A stretch of 64,000 nucleotides of DNA from Hormiphora californensis (taxonomy: Eukaryota > Animalia > Ctenophora). The translations under genes and the position numbers were made by a program. The DNA lies in contig CM035355.1 in the NCBI GenBank assembly GCA_020137815.1, positions 8,122,001-8,186,000 on the forward strand, in the 5' to 3' direction. Under the pieces are notes generated by a model that had not been told where the DNA came from, did not search any database, and saw only the letters and a program-made list of their open reading frames with translations. Positions within the stretch are counted from its first letter, which is position 1; every line of letters begins with the position of its first letter. This document shows positions 54,201-64,000 of this stretch, piece after piece.

Positions 54201-57200
54201 GTCAATCCCGCTATCATTAGCTGCCTCATCCACCACCTGACAAATAGGGATTATAATAGGGATGGAGGGGGTAGAGTCAATCCCGCTATCATTAGCTGCC
54301 TCATCCACCACCTGACAAATAGGGATTATAATAGGGCTGGAGGGGGGTAGAGTCAATCCCGCTATCATTCGCTGCCTCATCCACCACCTGACAAATAGGG
54401 ATTATAATAGGGATGGAGGGGGTAGAGTCAATCCCGCTATCATTAGCTGCCTCATCCACCACCTGACAAATAGGGATTATAATAGGGCTGGAGGGGGGGG
54501 GGGGTAGAGTCAATCCCGCTATCATTAGCTGCCTCATCCACCACCTGACAAATAGGGATTATAATAGGGCTGGAGGGGGGTAGAGTCAATCCCGCTATCA
54601 TTAGCTGCCTCATCCACCACCTGACAAATAGGGATTATAATAGGGCTAGAGGGGGTAGAGTCAATCCCGCTATCATTAGCTGCCTCATCCACCACCTGAC
54701 AAATAGGGATTATAATAGGGCTGGAGGGGGGTAGAGTCAATCCCGCTATCATTAGCTGCCTCATCCACCACCTGACAAATAGGGATTATAATAGGGCTGG
54801 AGGGGGGTAGAGTCAATCCCGCTATCATTAGCTGCCTCATCCACCACCTGACAAATAGGGATTATAATAGGGCTAGGAGGGGGGTAGAGTCAATCCCGCT
54901 ATCATTAGCTGCCTCATCCACCACCTGACAAATAGGGATTATAATAGGGCTGGAGGGGGTAGAGTCAATCCCGCTATCATTAGCTGCCTCATCCACCACC
55001 TGACAAATAGGGATTATAATAGGGATGGAGGGGGTAGAGTCAATCCCGCTATCATTAGCTGCCTCATCCACCACCTGACAAATAGGGATTATAATAGGGC
55101 TGGAGGGGGGTAGAGTCAATCCCGCTATCATTAGCTGCCTCATCCACCACCTGACAAATAGGGATTATAATAGGGATGGAGGGGGTAGAGTCAATCCCGC
55201 TATCATTAGCTGCCTCATCCACCACCTGACAAATAGGGATTATAATAGGGATGGAGGGGGTAGAGTCAATCCCGCTATCATTAGCTGCCTCATCCACCAC
55301 CTGACAAATAGGGATTATAATAGGGCTAGGAGGGGGGTAGAGTCAATCCCGCTATCATTAGCTGCCTCATCCACCACCTGACAAATAGGGATTATAATAG
55401 GGCTAGGAGGGGGTAGAGTCAATCCCGCTATCATTAGCTGCCTCATCCACCACCTGACAAATAGGGATTATAATAGGGATGGAGGGGGGTAGAGTCAATC
55501 CCGCTATCATTCGCTGCTTCATCCACCACCTGACAAATAGGGATTATAATAGGGCTGGAGGGGGTAGAGTCAATCCCGCTATCATTAGCTGCCTCATCCA
55601 CCACCTGACAAATAGGGATTATAATAGGGATGGAGGGGGTAGAGTCAATCCCGCTATCATTAGCTGCCTCATCCACCACCTGACAAATAGGGATTATAAT
55701 AGGGCTGGAGGGGGTAGAGTCAATCCCGCTATCATTCGCTGCCTCATCCACCACCTGACAAATAGGGATTATAATAGGGCTGGAGGGGGTAGAGTCAATC
55801 CCGCTATCATTAGCTGCCTCATCCACCACCTGACAAATAGGGATTATAATAGGGATGGAGGGGGTAGAGTCAATCCCGCTATCATTAGCTGCCTCATCCA
55901 CCACCTGACAAATAGGGATTATAATAGGGCTGGAGGGGGGTAGAGTCAATCCCGCTATCATTAGCTGCCTCATCCACCACCTGACAAATAGGGATTATAA
56001 TAGGGCTGGAGGGGGTAGAGTCAATCCCGCTATCATTAGCTGCCTCATCCACCACCTGACAAATAGGGATTATAATAGGGATGGAGGGGGGGGTAGAGTC
56101 AATCCCGCTATCATTAGCTGCCTCATCCACCACCTGACAAATAGGGATTATAATAGGGCTAGAGGGGGGTAGAGTCAATCCCGCTATCATTAGCTGCCTC
56201 ATCCACCACCTGACAAATAGGGATTATAATAGGGATGGAGGGGGTAGAGTCAATCCCGCTATCATTCGCTGCCTCATCCACCACCTGACAAATAGGGATT
56301 ATAATAGGGCTAGAGGGGGTAGAGTCAATCCCGCTATCATTCGCTGCTTAGTGCTTCGTCCAATTAGGGATGGGGGTGGTTTTGGGAAACTTAGAAACTC
56401 TCACGATAAACTGAGAGACACCTCTAGAATCTAGATACATACAGCAGGTTTGCGACGTGTCTGTGTGAGATCATGTAACTACTCACCTCTGCTTGATGAC
56501 AACTAAACTGACAACTAAACCACTCACCTCTGCTTGCAACTAAAACAGTAACCCCTAACCACTCACCTCTGCTTGCAACTAAAAGAGTAACCCCTAACCA
56601 CTCACCTCTGCTTGCAACTAAAACAGTAACCCCTAACCACTCACCTCTGCTTGCAACTAAAACAGTAACCCCTAACCACTCACCTCTGCTTACAACTAAA
56701 AGAGTAACCCCTAACCACTCACCTCTGCTTACAACTAAAACAGTAACCCCTAACCACTCACCTCAGCCTGGAGTTCCTCTGCCATATTTTCCAACCACTC
56801 ACCTCAGCCTGGAGTTCCTCTGCCATATTTTCCAGCCACTCAGGACCTCCTCCATTGATAATCTGCTCTCTGAGCCAAACCAGGGATAAGATGAGACAGA
56901 AACTGGCCATTACTATCAAACTCCCCTTTATACAATCCCCGAATATGATCTCGAAACTATCATATGGGACGCTAAGTAGTGCCGAGAGAGATCCCGAAAA
57001 GAGGCACCGGTAGGTACGGTATGACACTAAGGGGACCAGGGCGATCCAGCAAAGAGCAACAAGGGAGTAATGGAACCAGAGTCGGATACATCGTAACATG
57101 GTCTTGAAGATACCTCCAATTAGGGTGGACATGGGCAACCAACTGGGCATTGAGGCGGCATATATCGGCTGAGGGGGAGGGAGGTGTTACTATCAGGTGG

Positions 57201-58136
57201 GGTGGATGGGGTTAATATCAGGAGGGGGTGGAGGGGTGGCAATTAGGGTTGACATGGGCAACCAACTGGGCATTGAGGCGGCATATATCGGCTGAAATAG
57301 GGAGGGGGAGGATGGGGTTAATAATTTAACTAGATCGGCTGAAATAAGGAGGGAGGGGTTACTATCCGGGGGGGGGGGGGGGGGGGGGTTAACGACTTGG
57401 TAGATCGGTTGAAATAAGGAAGGAGGGGTTATAACGACTTGGTATATCGGTTGAAATAAGGAGGGAGGGGTTGTAACGACTTGGTAGTTGGTAGATCGGT
57501 TGAAATAAGGAATTAGGAAGGAGGTTAAGGTTAATATCGGGGGAGGGAGAGGTAAATAATTTGGACGTGGTATCGAATTAAATAATTATTATCTTAATCT
57601 ACCTGAAACTTTATAGGGTGTTTGCAGAGCTCACAGAACTCTTTTTTACTGTGCCGCATCCATTGCATCAAGCACTCTTGGTGTATGTATCTGATACTGC
57701 CCATGCATTTACAGGGGTGGAACAGGGGCCGACCTGCAATTAGAAGGTTAGAGAAACATACCCATTGGGGGTCCCCCGGTCCCCGGTCCATGGGGGATCA
57801 GGAGGGGGTCAAGCGAGGCAAATCACATGGTCTCTCTGTTCAATTCTGTAGGTTTGTGCGCGCGGACGCGCGTGCGCTAAATGCCGACACTTGAAAAGTG
57901 TTACAATCCAAGTTACATACTGGTAGACCCCCTCCTGTCATTCCACACTTGAATATCATAATAATACACTGGCAGAGAGGATAACAATCCCTCTCTAACC
58001 CCTCTATATAATAAAGGGGGGGGGGGGGCTCCATACCTGGGCTAACACCGTTTCTACAGAATCTACAAATATCACCATCCTCGTCATCTGACTCGAGATC
58101 AGGTCCCGGGTGGTGGTGACCTGCTGCAACCATCAT
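45254..58136 (-). CDS. MARCHF6: E3 ubiquitin ligase MARCHF6/TEB4/Doa10 (RING-CH + multi-TM), about 15 exons
   Basis: DICRFCR...[38 protein letters not shown]; [21 protein letters not shown]; GWWIDICSL; [10 protein letters not shown]; C-terminal [10 protein letters not shown]. Confidence 0.95.
45935..46140. repeat. ~65-bp inverted repeat within an intronic transposon remnant (~45900-46900)
   Basis: attataccaaaactaattg...gctacctttg and its exact reverse complement. Confidence 0.75.
46920..47076. mobile_element. 157-bp Tc1/mariner-type MITE
   Basis: TA-CAGTCGGACCCCGATTTAG...CTAAATCGGGGTCCGACTG-TA. Confidence 0.85.
48247..48912. repeat. 33-35-bp X-box-containing minisatellite in a MARCH6 intron
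   Basis: gtagttaccatggtaaccaacaatatctcacca repeated; minus strand contains CTG|gtgaga donor copies. Confidence 0.9.
52388..56347. repeat. 75-bp satellite (~52 copies) containing the MARCH6 exon-4 acceptor and first 29 exon nt
   Basis: Minus unit ...atccctatttgtcag|GTGGTGGATGAGGCAGCTAATGATAGCGG. Confidence 0.95.
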
Positions 58137-58363
58137 CGTGCGTGCTACATTTGGGCTACTACCAGTGGGGAAATGTGGGGGTTAGGAAATGGTGGGTGGG
58201 GTTAGGATGTGGGGGTTAGGATGTGGGGGTTAGAACAAAAGAGTACCGTTATGGAAAAGGCTGATAAAAGTACCCACTAAATAAAAATACATCGAATGAC
58301 GTCACAGACACAAAATGGTAGATAAGAGAGAGAGAGGGAGAGAGAGGGAGAGAGAGAGAGAGA

Positions 58364-58437
<74 letters not shown>

Positions 58438-58446
58438 ATCAAAAGT

Positions 58447-60506
58447 TTAACTTCTGTGTTTAGAAAACCACAAATGAGTGTTCACTAGTACATCAGCAGC
58501 AGTTTGTACTTTATTTAGTGGATGACAATCCTCAGGGTACCACCTCACCTCACTCACCACACCCCTCGCCCCTGAGAAGCCGATGGAGTGCCAGGCCCTG
58601 AGAGGGATGGTACCCGGAGATCCCTAGCCCCCAAGCTGTAACAACACTGGAGCAGTAATCTTGTGTGCATGGGAGATGGGAGACATCCGTTGCATGGCAA
58701 CCACATCCTCAGGAGAGGGAGGCAGGGCAGTAAAGGGTGGTATCCCACTCTCTACATGACACCAATCTGGTATATCATGTAGACCCCACCATCGTACTGA
58801 TATCAATAACAGGGTTCCTCATAACAGCAGCAGTAGTAGTACCCTGGGATACTGACCCACTAAGTGGGCAGCTAGGAACCCACCGTGAGAACCTCCCATC
58901 ACACCCACCCTCTCAAACCCACCACCCCTAACCTGCTCTACATGCATGGTGTACATCCTTCACATCAATATCCCCAACATGTCCTGGCAAGGCCTCCAGA
59001 GCTCCCCTCCCCAGCCCAATGGATCCTGTGTAGTTAACCAGTAACATGGTGTACCCTAGTCGTGTTAGGACAGCACAGTCCTTCCCTGTAGGTAGACAAG
59101 TACACTGAGTGTGGCCCACCATGGGGGTATACCAACAAAGTACCGTTAGAGGATGTGGATGGGGGGTATATTATCCCATTATACCTCCTCCCCTCTCTGG
59201 TGAAGTGGTGAACCTCCACCCCACCTGCCTCCGCCCCACCTGCCTCCGCCCCACCTGCCTCCACCCCACCAATCAGGTGGTTAACAGCCCACCCCTCCTG
59301 TCCCCTTCGCAACACAGACACAGTGGAACAGGGGGCCGTTAGGGTACTACAATATGTTTTAACCAGTATCTCCCCACCACTTACATCTAGTATCTCACAG
59401 GATGGCAATGAGTCTATATTGGTTACTGATTTATCTGTTATATTCACAAGATGAACCTCCATATTAACACCTTCCACAAGACCCACAACCAACTCCCCTC
59501 CCTCCGCAAGCAACTCTCCTCGCTCCAACCAGGGATTAGCGGGTAACCTGCCCCAAACACCAGTACCGCCCATTGCAGTGTGACTCTCCCCATCGTAAAC
59601 AATCAACTCCATATACTGCTGATGGGTACCCCCGACACTGGACAGAAAATACACAACCTGATCTCTGTTGGTTCTGTTAACACGTGGTTGGTACACACAC
59701 TTGTCCCCCGCGGTAAGGGCAGTGAGGGTCGAGGTCGGGATATGGAACTTGTACATTTTGTTGGCTCTGTTCCAGCAGTAAATGGCACCCAACTTGAAGG
59801 TAGAGATGTCAAACCCCACGAAACCGATGTTATCTTTATCAAAAAAGAAGGGTTGAGTAGGGAATACCTCCTCAGGTATGTCCAATGTTGTAACAGTGTT
59901 AGTTGTAGTGTCAAACAGGCAAACAACAGAAACACAGCATTTCTCAAGCTGTTCTCCCCAGCTCTCTCTCCATTTGAAACTACCACCAGGAACCCCTGTA
60001 TTATTATTATTATTATCAGTAGGATGTGCTGTAAAATACGACTCAGATTTGGGGACCTTCCTCTCTGCGACGTAGAGAAACTTCCCTTGGTAATAATCCA
60101 GGGCTCCAAATTCTGCGTTAGTGTAGACCTCACCATGGGATTTGTCACCCAGACCCCATCTTCTAAACTGCCCCTGGTCATCAGACACTGTCTCAATGTA
60201 AGAGGTGTTATCCTCACACCTTAGCGTCCACGTCACACCCCCAACCCTCACCTCCAGCCCCTGTTTACAGGTCCGTGACACAGGTTGTGGGCCAGGGGTG
60301 AACATTTGGGTCAGGTATACCTTCTCCTCCTTCACTGACAGATCTATCTCCTGCCAGGTGATCTCATAGCAGGAGGGGGCGTGGATCCGACCTGAGATAG
60401 CTGACCTGTAGTGTGAGACGCTCACACAAGCCTCCTTCACTTTAGCACACTCCTCCTCCTCCTCCTTCACTTTAGCACACTCCTCCTCCTCATTTGATGA
60501 CGTCAT
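58447..60506 (-). CDS. APEH: Acylamino-acid-releasing enzyme (prolyl oligopeptidase family S9C), apparently intronless, with frameshifts at 58.6-59.1 kb
   Basis: HGEVY..FG, LYVAERK, ESWGEQL, LLVYPHGGPHS, LLVNYTGSIG, VMGGSHGGFLAAHL (Ser), LGARDLRVP (Asp), YPEDCHPL (His). Confidence 0.88.
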
Positions 60507-60779
60507 TCTAGAAAGATGAGGTTGTGGGAGGTAATATACCATCTCTAACTATCAGGAAACTTGACGAGTAATGGGGTAAAGGGGGTAATAAAGGGGGCAA
60601 TAATTAGTAAAGGGGGTAATAAAGGGGGCAATAATTAATAAAGGGGGTAGTAAGGGGGGGGGGGGAGATACCCGGATAATTGGGGTTATATAAAAACGAA
60701 GGGGGTGTGTTGAAATAATAACATTTTATACACTCACACAAACGAAAAAAAACAACCCACATACACGGCATACACTAAG

Positions 60780-61005
60780 CTATAGTCTGATTTTAAATAA
60801 CTGTCGTTTTTTAGAGTTTTCAAATTTCTTTAAATGACCATGAGTCCGGTTCCTGATGAGATAGAGACTTGAAATTTGGAGGTTACGAAGATCTTGCTAA
60901 GTTCTTCCGAACCTCCAAATTTCAAGTCTCTATCTTATCAGGAATCGGAGATATGACAAATTTTGTTATTTCAGGGGTGCGACAGTTTCAAAAAATCCGA
61001 CTTTA
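60780..61005. mobile_element. Palindromic MITE, same family as 7228-7453
   Basis: Shared hairpin gagatagagacttgaaatttggagg...cctccaaatttcaagtctctatct. Confidence 0.7.
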
Positions 61006-61214
61006 GCTCAGACAGAATTTAATTTGTCCGAACCACCTCTTCCAAGAAATATAATATTATAAATCAACCGCCCTATAGGATCAGTCGTTAGAACATCGTA
61101 TCTCACAAACACTTATAGATTCCCTAGTGTTGCAAGTTAATGTTGCAAGTTAATGTTGCAAGCTAATGTTGCAAGCTAATGTTGCAAGCTAGTGTTGCAA
61201 GCTAGTGTTGTAAG

Positions 61215-63047
61215 CTAATGTTGTAGTGATAACCTAATAGCCCGTTGAATATCGTCCTCTTCATCACTATTGATACCACCCACCTCAGACTGTCTCCCAA
61301 CCGTATCAGACTGTCTCCCACCCGTCTCAGACTGTCTCCCACCCGTCTCAGACTGTCTCCCACCCACCTCAGACTGTCTCCCACCCGTCTCAGACTGTCT
61401 CCCATCCAACCCAACATTGTTTGATAACTGATTGCTCTCTAGTCTGGCTAATCTCTTCCTTCTAATTTCCTCAACACTCTCTGTCACAACTGGCGGTGTT
61501 GTTGGGTGATGTGTGGCAACAGTAGTACTTTTGGGGGTGACAGGATTAGCCCTCAGCACTGCACCAGCCGGACACTCGGGAAGATGACCTTGTATAACAA
61601 ATATCGAATATCCCTCCAGTTCCAACTGTTTCAGATACACCTCGAGATATGTATCAGATACTAGGGAGGGTCCACTCTTACAACTGTCAATGTTAAACCA
61701 CTGCAACCCAATCTTCCGAATAGTGAACCAATGCTGGTTGAGGTTGCAGATAAACGCGGTGAGGAACGCTGCGGGGTTAGTTCGGGCCTCAGCCAGCGAG
61801 GGGTGGTTCCAGTGTTGGGCTGTTAATCCGTATACCTCTAGAGCCTTCATTATCACCTGTAAAGAAGACGGTTACCATGGTTACCATGTGTGTAAAGAAG
61901 ACGGTTACCATGGTTACCATGTGTGTAATGGGGTCGGTTACCATGGTTACCATGTGTGTAATGGGGTCAGTTACCATGGTTACCATGTGTGTAATGGGGT
62001 CGGTAACCATGGTTACCATGTGTGTAATGGGGTCAGTTACCATGGTTACCATGTGTGTAATGGGGTCAGTTACCATGGTTACCATGTGTGTAAAGAAGAC
62101 GGTTACCATGGTTACCATGTGTGTAATGGGGTCAGTTACCATGGTTACCATGTGTGTAAAGAAGACGGTTACCATGGTTACCATGTGTGTAAAGAAGACG
62201 GTTACCATGGTTACCATGTGTGTAACGGGGTCGGTAACCATGGTTACCATGTGTATATTATATTCTATATTGCCTGGACAGAGAAGAAGCCGCTGTCATC
62301 CATGTTGTTCGAAGGTTGACGTTGCCACTCTTCAATCTCAGCAGCAGTTCCCCCATCCTCGATCCTCCTTCTCTCTTCCCTGTCAAGCTGCAGTGCTAAC
62401 TCCCCCAGCTGGATGGCATCAAACACGGGCACCTGAGAGAGCAAATATGTGTGTTGCCCCCCCCCCCCGGTCATTCCACCCTCCCCCGGTCATTCCACCC
62501 CTCCCTCGGTCATTCCACCCCTCCCTCGGTCATTCCACCCCTCCCTCGGTCATCCCACCCCTCCCTCGGTCATCCCACCCCTCCCTCGGTCATTCCACCC
62601 CTCCCTCGGTCATTCCACCCCTCCCTCTGTCATTCCACCCCTCCCTCGGTCATTCCACCCCTCCTGGTCATTCCACCCCCCTGGTCATTCCACCCCCGGT
62701 CATTCCACCCCTCCTTCGGTCATTCCACCCCTCCCTCGGTCATCCCACCCCTCCCTCGGTCATTCCACCCCTCCCTCGGTCATCCCACCCCTCCCTCGGT
62801 CATTCCACCCCTCCCTCGGTCATTCCACCCCTCCCTCGGTCATCCCACCCCTCCCTCGGTCATTCCACCCCTCCCTCGGTCATTCCACCCCTCCCCCTGG
62901 TCATTCCACCCCCCCCCCCCCCCGATCAATCCACTCCCCCCTCCGATCTATACAATCCTGTTAGCAGTGAATTACCTGTAAAAGCGTGTTTAGGCAGTGC
63001 TTGGCACAAAGTTGTCCCTCCTGAGTCTCATGGTGTATCAGCTCCAT
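61215..63047 (-). CDS. ATXN3: Ataxin-3 (Josephin-domain deubiquitinase)
   Basis: Exons 62976-63047 (MELIHHETQEGQLCAKHCLNTLLQ), ~62274-62432 (NMDDSGFFSVQ), 61215-61856 (AFICNLNQHWFTIRKIGLQWFNIDS, GYSIFVIQGHLP, C-terminal UIM EEDDIQRAIRLSL). Confidence 0.95.
61858..62253. repeat. 33-bp minisatellite in ATXN3 intron 2
   Basis: ggttaccatggttaccatgtgtgtaa... units. Confidence 0.9.
62468..62912. repeat. 20-bp G-rich (minus strand) minisatellite in ATXN3 intron 1
   Basis: cattccacccctccctcggt x~21. Confidence 0.9.
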
Positions 63048-63055
63048 TACAGCTT

Positions 63056-63718
63056 CATATTCATCTAGTTAAAATAATATATCGGTTACCATGGTAACAT
63101 ATTCATCTAGTTAAAATAATATATCGGTTACCATGGTAACATATTCATCTAGTTAAAATAATATATCGGTTACCATGGTAACATATTCATCTAGTTAAAA
63201 TAATATATCGGTTACCATGGTAACATATTCATCTAGTTAAAATAATATATCGGTTACCATGGTAACATATTCATCTAGTTAAAATAATATATATCGGTTA
63301 CCATGGTTACATATTCATCTAGTTAAAATAATATATCGGTTACCATGGTAACATATTCATCTAGTTAAAATAATATATCGGTTACCATGGTAACATATTC
63401 ATCTAGTTAAAATAATATATCAGTTACCATGGTAACATATTCATCTAGTTAAAATAATATATCGGTTACCATGGTAACATATTCATCTAGTTAAAATAAT
63501 ATATCGGTTACCATGGTAACATATTCATCTAGTTAAAATAATATATCAGTTACCATGGTAACATATTCATCTAGTTAAAATAATATATCGGTTACCATGG
63601 TAACATATTCATCTAGTTAAAATAATATATCGGTTACCATGGCTTCATAACATATTCATCTAGTTAAAATAATATATCGGTTACCATGGTTACCATGGTT
63701 ACCATGGTAACCATGGCA
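63056..63718. repeat. 42-bp X-box-containing minisatellite immediately upstream of ATXN3
   Basis: catattcatctagttaaaataatatatcggttaccatggtaa x~15. Confidence 0.95.
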
Positions 63719-64000
63719 ATATATATGGCAATATATATGGTCGGGACGGCGCTGGCAGGTTGGGACCTACTGCCATTCCAAACCATCTAGTTTTAGTTTT
63801 CTAAACACCGGGGAACTTCTGTTGTTTCTTAGTTGTTTTAGTACAGACGTAAGTGTTAATCGCTGATTATAGTCAAACTTTTTTATTTCCCCGCCCGGGT
63901 GAATGCCGAAGGCATTCACCCGGATGCCTTTTGCAAAAAGGCATAGGGGTTTAGAATTCGACAAGATTACATACTAGTGAAGTGTCACGCTTTTTTTGTC

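Noticed and set aside
61690-63097. Plus-strand 209-aa and 406-aa ORFs
   Set aside because: Antisense to ATXN3 and composed of intronic minisatellite translations

Overview
Repeat-rich eukaryotic (animal) genomic DNA, not prokaryotic. The gene style and repeat vocabulary are reminiscent of a ctenophore, but that is a low-confidence impression. Six host genes lie on the minus strand: ataxin-3, an intronless acylpeptide hydrolase (APEH), MARCH6/Doa10 E3 ligase, MED31, a class A GPCR and an ankyrin-repeat protein. One SRCR-domain gene lies on the plus strand. Mobile DNA includes a young 4.7 kb LTR element encoding only Gag plus a -1-frameshifted protease, a divergent RT-derived ORF running off the left edge, and several nested foldback/MITE elements. 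The most striking pattern is that many introns are filled with tandem copies of a unit that spans the adjacent real splice junction (intron end + exon start, or exon end + donor). This creates tens to about 200 perfect decoy splice sites per intron. Second, many unrelated minisatellites are built around the RFX X-box palindrome GTTACCATGGTAAC. Parts of the window (about 13.9-14.5, 35.3-41.2, 49.1-50.1 and 58.6-59.1 kb) look like noisy long-read consensus. Exon boundaries were read by eye.
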